DNA from: an uncultured Clostridia bacterium
GTDB lineage: Bacteria; Bacillota; Clostridia; Oscillospirales; CAG-272
Length of the DNA: 64,000 bases
NCBI GenBank assembly: GCA_947624995.1
Contig: CANQMS010000007.1
Span: 787-64,786 of the forward strand
Reading direction: 5' to 3'
The stretch's first letter is position 1. Every line of letters starts with the position of its first letter. Positions 56,570 through 64,000 of this stretch are shown piece after piece. Below the pieces are notes generated by a model. It was not told where the DNA came from. It saw only the letters and a program-made list of their open reading frames with translations, and made no database searches. The position numbers and the translations under genes are program-made.

Positions 56570-57160
56570 ATGTTTTATTATCTTAAAGGAAAGCTCGTTC
56601 TCGCCTCCGACGGCGTCGCCGTCGTCGACTGCGGCGGCGTCGGCTATAAGCTGACCGTCAGCACGACGACGCTTTCCGCGATCGTCGGCAAAGACGAGGT
56701 CCTGCTCTACACATACTTCGCGGTCCGTGAGGACGCGGCGGAGCTTTACGGATTTTATACGACGGAGGAGCTCGACGCGTTCTGCCTCCTAATCGGCATT
56801 TCCGGCGTCGGACCGAAGGCGGCGATGTCTGTGCTGTCGCTCTATTCCCCGTCCGCTCTTGCGGACGCGGTCGCCGAGCAGAACGTCAAGCTGATCTCCC
56901 GCGCGCCCGGAGTCGGCGCGAAGACCGCACAGCGCATAATTCTCGAGCTGTCCGGCAAGCTCACCGTCGGGGAGGGGTCCGGCTCACTGTCGGCAAAAAA
57001 GGCGTCCCCCGCCTCCCCCGCCGTCAGCGAGGCGCAGGATGCGCTCGCGGTGCTCGGCTATACGCGCGCGGAGGCGCAGGCGGCGATATCCGCGATCCCC
57101 GATGCCGAGGGAAAGACGACGGAGGAGCTGATCCGCCTCGCGCTCTCCCGCATGATATAG
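56570..57160 (+). CDS. ruvA: Holliday junction branch-migration complex subunit RuvA
   Basis: MFYYLKGKL..., GVGY.L and the HhH motif pair (I.GVGPK.A, PGVG.KTA.RI). Confidence 0.92.
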   Translation: MFYYLKGKLVLASDGVAVVDCGGVGYKLTVSTTTLSAIVGKDEVLLYTYFAVREDAAELYGFYTTEELDAFCLLIGISGVGPKAAMSVLSLYSPSALADAVAEQNVKLISRAPGVGAKTAQRIILELSGKLTVGEGSGSLSAKKASPASPAVSEAQDALAVLGYTRAEAQAAISAIPDAEGKTTEELIRLALSRMI

Positions 57161-57201
57161 GACGGAGCCGGGATACAATGCAAAAAACATAACGGTGAAG
57201 T

Positions 57202-58329
57202 ATGGATTTTGACGGATTTGATTTTGAAGAATTTGATTTTGAGAACCGCATCGTCGACACGGGCGTAAAGCCCTCCGACCTTGACGAGCGGGAGAGCGAG
57301 GCGTCCCTGCGCCCGAAGAGCCTCGGCGACTACACGGGGCAGCGGCGCGCGAAGGATGAGCTCGCGATATACATAAACGCCGCGAAGCTGCGCGGCGAAC
57401 CGCTCGACCACGTCCTGCTGTACGGTCCTCCCGGGCTCGGAAAGACGACGCTCGCCGGTATAATCGCCGCCGAGCTCGGCGTCAACTTCCGCATCACGAG
57501 CGGACCCGCGATAGAGAAAAAGGGCGACCTTGTCGCGCTTTTGACGAATCTTGAGGACGGCGACGTCCTGTTCATCGACGAGATACACCGCCTCTCGCAT
57601 CAGATAGAGGAGATACTCTACCCCGCGATGGAGGACTGCGCGATCGACTTCATCGTCGGAAAGGGACCGGCGGCGCGGAGCATCCACCTCGCGCTGCGCC
57701 CGTTCACACTGATCGGCGCGACGACGCGCGCCGGTCAGCTTACGACGCCTCTGCGCGACCGCTTCGGCGTCGTGCTCCGCCTTGAGCTCTACACGCCGGA
57801 CGAGCTTTCCGCGATAATACTGCGCAGCGCCGGCATACTCAATATCGAGATTGACCGCGACAGCGCGTACGAGATCGCGTCTCGCTCGCGCGGAACGCCG
57901 CGAATCGCGAACAGGCTCTTAAAGCGCGTCCGCGATTACGCGCAGGTCAAGGGGTCGGGGCAGATCGACCTCGACACCGTCCGTGACGCGCTCGCAATGC
58001 TCGAGATCGACGAGCTCGGGCTTGACAACACGGACCGCAGGATGCTCTCGTCGATGATCCGCTTCTACGGCGGCGGTCCCGTCGGTCTTGAGACGCTTGC
58101 CGCGACGATCGGCGAGGAAGCGGTCACGATTGAGGACGTTTACGAGCCGTACCTTTTGCAGATAGGCTTTCTCGCTCGGACGCCGCGCGGGCGCGTCGTC
58201 ACGCGGGAGGCGTACGCCCACCTCGGAGTCCCGTACACACAGAGTACGCAAAACGTGCAAAACACGCAGAACACGCAGCTCCGCATCGGCGGGGATGAGG
58301 AGGAAAACAACGGTCAGAACGGACAGTGA
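57202..58329 (+). CDS. ruvB: Holliday junction branch-migration DNA helicase RuvB
   Basis: LRP..L.DY.GQ, Walker [12 protein letters not shown], Walker B FIDEIHRL and RTPRG. Ends in a Q/N-rich tail. Confidence 0.95.
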   Translation: MDFDGFDFEEFDFENRIVDTGVKPSDLDERESEASLRPKSLGDYTGQRRAKDELAIYINAAKLRGEPLDHVLLYGPPGLGKTTLAGIIAAELGVNFRITSGPAIEKKGDLVALLTNLEDGDVLFIDEIHRLSHQIEEILYPAMEDCAIDFIVGKGPAARSIHLALRPFTLIGATTRAGQLTTPLRDRFGVVLRLELYTPDELSAIILRSAGILNIEIDRDSAYEIASRSRGTPRIANRLLKRVRDYAQVKGSGQIDLDTVRDALAMLEIDELGLDNTDRRMLSSMIRFYGGGPVGLETLAATIGEEAVTIEDVYEPYLLQIGFLARTPRGRVVTREAYAHLGVPYTQSTQNVQNTQNTQLRIGGDEEENNGQNGQ

Positions 58330-58371
58330 TCCGAAATGATATATCGTATTATAATTAAGGAGGAAAACGAC

Positions 58372-61008
58372 ATGAAGAAGCGTATCGCCTCGTCCCTTTT
58401 GGCGGCGGCGACGCTGCTCTCCGCGCTTTTGACCGGATGCGCTCAGAACGGCGGCGACGCGGAGACGACAGGCGCGGAAACGAAGCAGGAGCTCGTCCCG
58501 ATAGAAGAGACGGAGCCGTTTGACGGCTACGTCATCAAGGCATCCTCGGAAACGTACGACATCAGCGACAACCTGTTCGGGATCTTTCTTGAGGACATCA
58601 ACTTTGCCGTTGACGGCGGACTTTATGCGGAGCTCGTCTGCAACCGCTCGTTCGAGTACGGCTCGCACGCGGAGGGCGGGAACCGCTACGCGTGGAGCGC
58701 GGACGGCGCAACATTTGACGTTGTCAACGACGCATCGTCCGGGCTGAACGCGAACAACACGCAGTTCGCGCGCGTCCGCTCGAACTCGAATTCCGGCGGG
58801 ATCTATAACACCGGATTCTTCAACGAGCTGAAGGTCGACGAGGGCGCCGAGTACAAATTTTCCGTCTACGCGCGCGCGCAGAACGGATACGGCGGCGGTC
58901 TCTCCGTCTCGATCGAGGATCACAGCGGCAAGGCTGTAGCCTCGGGGAGCATCGACTCGCTCACCGACGAGTGGTACAAGTATTCGCTGACGCTGAAGGC
59001 GGAAAAGAGCATCAACGTCGGAGGGCGCGTCGCAGTCCGCCTCGATACGAAGGGCACCGTCGATATAGACATGGTATCCCTCTTCCCCGCCGACACGTAC
59101 AAGGGGCGCGAAAACGGCATCCGCCGCGACATCGGCGAGGCGCTCGAGGCGCTCGAACCGAGCTTTTTCCGCTTCCCCGGCGGCTGCATCATCGAGGGTT
59201 CGACGCTTGAGGGCGCATACGACTGGAAGGACTCGGTCGGAAACGGGCTCGAATTCAGCATCAACGGAAAAATGACGGTTGGCGACGTCGCCTCCCGCCC
59301 GATAGGCGACAACATCTGGTCGTGGGGATGGCAGCCGTATTACAGCTCGTACGGGCTCGGCTTCTATGAATATTTCCTGCTCTGCGAGGACCTCGGCTGC
59401 GAGCCCGTCCCCGTCGTCAACTGCGGCATGTCCTGTCAGGGGCAGCCGGGACCGAACGGCGTTGAAACGCCGCCCGTCAACAGCGAAAAATTCGAGCAGT
59501 ACATAGAGGACGCGCTCGATCTCGTCGAATTCTGCAAGGGCAGCACATCGACGGAGTGGGGCTCGATACGCGCCGCGATGGGTCACCCCGAGCCGTTCGA
59601 CCTGCACTACATCGGCATCGGCAACGAACAGTGGGGCGACGAATACAACAAGCGCTACGCGCTCTTCCGCGAGGCGTTCAACAGCGCCGCGGATTCCGAC
59701 CCCGACCTTTACGGCGGCGTCAAGCTCATAATGGCGAACGGTCCCGCCTCGAACTCGAAGGACGGCTGGAACGTCGTCGCCTCCGAGGGGAACGACATCG
59801 CCGATCTGCTCGACGAGCACTACTACAACGACCCCGCATGGTTCCTCGACGCATACGGGCGCTATAACACGTACGACCGCGAGGGTCCGACGGTCTTCGT
59901 CGGCGAATTTGCCGCGAAGTCGAACACATCCGAGGCGGCGATAGCAGAGGCGGCATATATGACGGGGCTCGAGCTCGACGGCGACGTCGTGGAGCTCGCC
60001 GCGTACGCGCCCCTCTTTGCCCATGACGGGCACACGCAGTGGACGCCCGACCTGATCTGGTTCACCGGGAACAAGCTCTGGAAGTCGGTAAACTATCAGG
60101 TGCAGAAGATATTCTCGGCAAATCAGCCCGACAGCATTATCGTCTCCGAGGTCGACGGCAGCGGAATTTCCGGCGACAGGGACCTCTCCGGCAAGATCGG
60201 GCTCGGAACATGGTCGACGAGCGCAAAATTCGACGACGTCACCGTAACGGACAACAAGACCGGCAGCGTCATCTACTCAGAGGACTTCTCCTCCTCGGAG
60301 GTCTCCGACTTCGAGGTCGTCACCGGGCGCTTCTCGATCGACGACGGCGCGCTTCTGCAGTCAAACACGGGCGCGACCGCGAACGGCAACACGGGCGACG
60401 TCCTCTACCTCGGCGACGCGGACCTTGACGACTACACCATGACCTTCAAGGCGACGAAGCTCACGGGCTACGAGGGCTTCATCATCCCGTTTGCGGTCAC
60501 GGACCGTGACAACTTCTGGCACTGGAACATCGGCGGCTGGGGCAACACGGTATCGTGCCTCCAGTACTGCACGGGCGGCGCCAAGACGAACGAAGTCGAA
60601 GGCACCGTTCGACAGTTTGCGGTCGAGACAGGTCGCGAATACGAATTAAAGATCGAGGTCAAGGGCTACCGCGTCCGCTGCTATATCGACGGCGAACTGA
60701 TGATAGACTACGACACCTTCGCGTTCATGCACCGCATCTACCCCGTCGTCGGCGAGGATGAAGACGACATAATCGTCAAGATCGTCAACACGACGGACAA
60801 GGAAGCGCCGTTCCGCATCAACGTCTCCGCGATGACGGCGTATGAAGGCAAGGGCAAGGTCGAGACGATAGATTTCGTCGCGCCGGGAACGATTAACACG
60901 CCCTCGAAAGAGAACGTAAAGATCGTTGAGAGCGAGGCGGACGTCGGACGTGTGTTCAACTACACGGTCGGCGCATACTCAATGGTAGTGATCCGTATTC
61001 CGAAATAA
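58372..61008 (+). CDS. GH51-type alpha-L-arabinofuranosidase-family lipoprotein, multidomain
   Basis: ATG 58372 sits behind AAGGAGG. Lipobox LLTGC. N-terminal beta-sandwich module. Catalytic signatures GIGNEQWG (acid/base) and FVGEFA (nucleophile region), of the long plant/Bacteroidetes-like GH51 type. An extra lectin-like module (FWHWNIGGWGNT) precedes the C-terminal beta-sandwich. Confidence 0.68.
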   Translation: MKKRIASSLLAAATLLSALLTGCAQNGGDAETTGAETKQELVPIEETEPFDGYVIKASSETYDISDNLFGIFLEDINFAVDGGLYAELVCNRSFEYGSHAEGGNRYAWSADGATFDVVNDASSGLNANNTQFARVRSNSNSGGIYNTGFFNELKVDEGAEYKFSVYARAQNGYGGGLSVSIEDHSGKAVASGSIDSLTDEWYKYSLTLKAEKSINVGGRVAVRLDTKGTVDIDMVSLFPADTYKGRENGIRRDIGEALEALEPSFFRFPGGCIIEGSTLEGAYDWKDSVGNGLEFSINGKMTVGDVASRPIGDNIWSWGWQPYYSSYGLGFYEYFLLCEDLGCEPVPVVNCGMSCQGQPGPNGVETPPVNSEKFEQYIEDALDLVEFCKGSTSTEWGSIRAAMGHPEPFDLHYIGIGNEQWGDEYNKRYALFREAFNSAADSDPDLYGGVKLIMANGPASNSKDGWNVVASEGNDIADLLDEHYYNDPAWFLDAYGRYNTYDREGPTVFVGEFAAKSNTSEAAIAEAAYMTGLELDGDVVELAAYAPLFAHDGHTQWTPDLIWFTGNKLWKSVNYQVQKIFSANQPDSIIVSEVDGSGISGDRDLSGKIGLGTWSTSAKFDDVTVTDNKTGSVIYSEDFSSSEVSDFEVVTGRFSIDDGALLQSNTGATANGNTGDVLYLGDADLDDYTMTFKATKLTGYEGFIIPFAVTDRDNFWHWNIGGWGNTVSCLQYCTGGAKTNEVEGTVRQFAVETGREYELKIEVKGYRVRCYIDGELMIDYDTFAFMHRIYPVVGEDEDDIIVKIVNTTDKEAPFRINVSAMTAYEGKGKVETIDFVAPGTINTPSKENVKIVESEADVGRVFNYTVGAYSMVVIRIPK

Positions 61009-61031
61009 AAAAACAAAACGGAGGAAATGAC

Positions 61032-63737
61032 ATGAAGACAAAGATCATGGCGGCGGTGCTCGCGATACTTATGCTGCTGCCCGCGGCTCTCACGGCGTGT
61101 GAGCCCGGCGACGGCGGCGAAGGCACGAACACCGCAGGCGCAACAGGCACGGACGGCACATCGGCACCCGACAGCGGCGGAGACGAGCCGGACGACGGCA
61201 CATTCAACGGGTTTGTGCTCACCGCGTCAAAGGACGGAGCATACGACATCAGCGAAAACCTTTTCGGCATCTTCCTCGAGGACATAAACCACGCCGTTGA
61301 CGGCGGGCTTTATGCCGAGCAGGTCTTCAACCGCTCCTTCGAGTACGGCGATTACGCCACGATGGGCGGAAAACAGGGCTGGGACTCCGACAAGTCGACC
61401 GAGGTCGAATGGGACGTCATCGACGGGACCGCGGACGGGAGCCTTTTGAACGCGCAGAATCCGCACTACGCGCGCGTCACGAACGCGTCGTCCGATTCCG
61501 AGGCGCACGGCATCCGCAATCAGGGCTACTACAAAAACCTCTACGTTGAAGAAAAAACGAACTACACGTTCTCCGTATACGCCCGCGGCGTCGACGGGTA
61601 CACGGGTCCGATCTACATCTCGGTCGAGACCCCCGGCAACACCGTTTATGCGACGGGTGAGATAAAGTCGGTCACGGGCGATTGGCAGAAGTACGAGGTC
61701 ACCCTCACGCCCGAGAGCACCGCATCCTCCGGGCTGCGCCTCGTGCTCCGCATAGACAAGGGCACGGTCGACCTCGACATGGTTTCTTTGATATCCGACG
61801 ACGTATATGAGGGCAAGGTCAACGGCAAGTACGGCATCCGCCGCGACCTCGGCGAGGCGCTCGAGGCACTGCACCCCCACTTCTTCCGCTTCCCCGGCGG
61901 CTGCGTCATCGAGGGACACACGCTCGAATGCGCATATGACTGGAAGGATTCCATCGGAAGAGGGCTCGAGTTCACCGTAAACGGCGAGAAGACCGTCGGC
62001 GACGTCGCGACGCGTCCGATCTGCGTCAATACGTGGGCTGATCACGAGAACAAGCAGGAAGACGCCTACTACATGACGTACGGGCTCGGCTTCTACGAAT
62101 ACATGCTCTTCTGCGAAGACCTCGGCTGCGAACCGATCCCGGTCCTCAACTGCGGATACTCGTGCCAGGGCAGAAATCCCGCGGGTCCCGAGTCGGGAAC
62201 ACCTGAATTCCAGCGCTATGTTGACGACGCGCTCGACTTCATCGAGTTCTGCCGCGGCGGCGCCGATACGGAATGGGGCAGCATCCGCATCGCGATGGGG
62301 CACCCGGAGCCGTTCAGCCTCACCTACCTCGGCATCGGCAACGAGCAGTTCGGCAACGAATACAATAAGCGCTACGCAAAATTCCGCGAGGCGCTCATCG
62401 CGGCTGAGAAGGAAGACCCCGAGATGTACGGCGGCATAAAGCTCATAATGGCGAACGGTCTCACGTCCGGCTCGCGCGACGGCTGGGACGCCGTCGAGAG
62501 GTACGGCAAGGATCTCGCCGCCGCGCTCGACGAGCACTACTACAACCCGCCGGAATGGTTCCTCATCAACGAGTTGCGCTATGACTACTACGACAGATCG
62601 AACCCGAAGGTCTTCATCGGCGAGTATGCGTCAAAGTCCAATATCGCAAAATCCGCGATCGCGGAGGCGGCGTATCTGACATCCGTCGAGCGCAACGGCG
62701 ACGTTGTCGAGCTCGCGACATACGCTCCCCTCTTCGCATACGACAAGCACACACAGTGGGCGCCGAACCTGATCTGGTACAACGCAAAGCACGTCTGGTA
62801 TTCGACAAACTATTACGTGCAGATGATATATTCGAACAACCAGTCCTCAAGGATCATCCCCTCCACGCTCGACGGATCGGGATTCACGAAGGGCGGAAGG
62901 CTCAAGGGCTGCATCGGGCTCGGAACATGGGTCACGTCCGCGCAGTTTGACGATCTCGTCGTCACCGACAATGCCACGGGCGAGGTACTTCTCGAGGACG
63001 ACTTCTCCGGCAACAATCTCAAGGATTACACCGTCGTCGGCGGCAACTTCACCGTCAAGGACGGGGTCCTCGTCCAGAGCAACACAAACTACCCGAAGAA
63101 CGCCGACACGGGCGACGTCATCTACATCGGGGGCAAAAATTGGTCGAACTACACGTTCACGTTCAAAGCCAAAAAGACGGGCGGCGGCGAGGGCTTCATA
63201 ATCCCGTTCGCAGTCAAGGGCACAAACGATTTCTGGCACTGGAACATCGGCGGCTGGGGCAACACGGTCTCCGCCGTTGAGCGCGCGTTCCCGGACGGAA
63301 ACGGCGTTTACAAGACGGGTCAGGTCGCAGGTACAGTCACAGACTTCAAGGTCGAGAACGGCAAGGAGTACGAGATCAAGATCGTCGTCGACGGCTACAA
63401 CGTCAAGGGCTATATCGACGGCGAGCTCAAGTTCGACATCGACTCAGCGATGGACCGCGGTGTCTACTCCGTTATCGGCGAGGATGAAAACGACATCATC
63501 GTCAAGCTCGTCAACACAACGAGCAGAAAGACGCCGGTGAGAGTCGATCTCTCCGCCGTGAGCAGCTATGAAGGCGAGGCAAAGACACAGTTCATCAAGT
63601 TCCATTCCGAGACGGCGGACAACGTCGAAAACAAGAGCGACGTCGTCCTCGAGGAGGGCACGCTCGACGTCAAGAGCGTTTTCGAATACGAGCTCGATCT
63701 CTACTCGATGATAGTGATCCGCATCCCGAAAAAATAA
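61032..63737 (+). CDS. GH51-type alpha-L-arabinofuranosidase-family lipoprotein, paralogue of the preceding gene
   Basis: Lipobox ALTAC. Same domain order and motifs (GIGNEQFG, FIGEYA, FWHWNIGGWGNT). Collinear with the upstream paralogue. Confidence 0.68.
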   Translation: MKTKIMAAVLAILMLLPAALTACEPGDGGEGTNTAGATGTDGTSAPDSGGDEPDDGTFNGFVLTASKDGAYDISENLFGIFLEDINHAVDGGLYAEQVFNRSFEYGDYATMGGKQGWDSDKSTEVEWDVIDGTADGSLLNAQNPHYARVTNASSDSEAHGIRNQGYYKNLYVEEKTNYTFSVYARGVDGYTGPIYISVETPGNTVYATGEIKSVTGDWQKYEVTLTPESTASSGLRLVLRIDKGTVDLDMVSLISDDVYEGKVNGKYGIRRDLGEALEALHPHFFRFPGGCVIEGHTLECAYDWKDSIGRGLEFTVNGEKTVGDVATRPICVNTWADHENKQEDAYYMTYGLGFYEYMLFCEDLGCEPIPVLNCGYSCQGRNPAGPESGTPEFQRYVDDALDFIEFCRGGADTEWGSIRIAMGHPEPFSLTYLGIGNEQFGNEYNKRYAKFREALIAAEKEDPEMYGGIKLIMANGLTSGSRDGWDAVERYGKDLAAALDEHYYNPPEWFLINELRYDYYDRSNPKVFIGEYASKSNIAKSAIAEAAYLTSVERNGDVVELATYAPLFAYDKHTQWAPNLIWYNAKHVWYSTNYYVQMIYSNNQSSRIIPSTLDGSGFTKGGRLKGCIGLGTWVTSAQFDDLVVTDNATGEVLLEDDFSGNNLKDYTVVGGNFTVKDGVLVQSNTNYPKNADTGDVIYIGGKNWSNYTFTFKAKKTGGGEGFIIPFAVKGTNDFWHWNIGGWGNTVSAVERAFPDGNGVYKTGQVAGTVTDFKVENGKEYEIKIVVDGYNVKGYIDGELKFDIDSAMDRGVYSVIGEDENDIIVKLVNTTSRKTPVRVDLSAVSSYEGEAKTQFIKFHSETADNVENKSDVVLEEGTLDVKSVFEYELDLYSMIVIRIPKK

Positions 63738-63759
63738 TATATACCGCCTCATCAAAAAG

Positions 63760-63796
63760 CACCCCCGACAGGTCGCGAGACCTGTCGGGGGTGTTT
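63760..63796 (+). terminator. Terminator hairpin after the second GH51 gene
   Basis: 15-bp stem cacccccgacaggtc / gacctgtcgggggtg followed by TTT. Confidence 0.75.
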
Positions 63797-63865
63797 CCGC
63801 GTTATTATTTTCGGGGCGACTTGTTTTGTGACTGCACAGCCTTTGTCTTGATTTCCCCGGCTGCT

Positions 63866-64000
63866 TTAGTCCTCTTCCCTGCGCCTCTTTATGACGGCAC
63901 AGCCGAGCACCGACGTGACGACCACAGCGACCGCCGCGGCGCCGAGAGTCGTGCCGCAGCCGCCCTCATCGCCTTCATTCTCGCCGCTCTCGCTGCCCTC
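63866..64000 (-). CDS. 3' end of a gene encoding a protein with a C-terminal membrane anchor (rest outside window)
   Basis: The minus-strand translation is ...EGSESGENEGDEGGCGTTLGAAAVAVVVTSVLGCAVIKRRREED, ending at stop 63866-63868. This is an acidic linker, a TM helix and a basic tail. No LPXTG motif is visible in the part present. Confidence 0.4.
   Translation of the reverse strand, partial: EGSESGENEGDEGGCGTTLGAAAVAVVVTSVLGCAVIKRRREED

Overview
GC-rich chromosomal segment with strong GC3 bias, so many long antisense ORFs in the track are artefacts. Gene content (spo0A, spoIIE, spoIIR, pdaA, a ytvI-like gene) points to a spore-forming Firmicute of the class Clostridia; a finer taxon cannot be set from sequence alone. 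The window is almost entirely core genome. In order it holds:
- the spo0A 3' end
- a VTC-domain/DUF4956/DUF4097 trio and an MFS transporter
- the ctsR-mcsA-mcsB-clpC stress operon with clear CtsR operators
- xpt plus a BMP-type nucleoside ABC importer
- rnz, an SGNH lipoprotein, a LOG-family gene, and wecB/tadA
- hflK-hflC, an SdpI-like gene, spoIIE, a ytvI-like gene and a NYN-domain gene
- tRNA-Leu(CAA), then asnA and spoIIR
- a THF-riboswitch-controlled folT-folC operon, then hprK
- a PrsA-like PPIase lipoprotein
- a block of uncharacterised low-complexity proteins (34.8-38.6 kb)
- a yfcE-like phosphoesterase with a P-loop protein
- pdaA with a second deacetylase, and a GNAT gene
- membrane proteins (DUF624 and DUF1113-like)
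- a racemase/DD-carboxypeptidase/murE set
- rpmG-secE-nusG-rplK-rplA and aspS
- DUF951, yfhO and ruvAB
- two tandem GH51-type arabinofuranosidase lipoproteins

I found no CRISPR array, transposase, integrase, phage gene, toxin-antitoxin pair or recognisable defence system. The loci most worth a second look are:
1. The structured repeat locus downstream of tRNA-Leu, which carries a duplicated tRNA 3' end, nested palindromes and a perfect 74-bp repeat.
2. The VTC/DUF4956/DUF4097 trio.
3. A three-gene operon of unknown function at 37.3-38.6 kb.
4. A SecE with a long acidic N-terminal extension.
5. An orphan intrinsic terminator in a divergent intergenic region.
6. An aspS leader that lacks a T-box but carries a short upstream ORF with a strong ribosome-binding site.

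All protein calls rest on motif recognition from the supplied translations. No database search was run.
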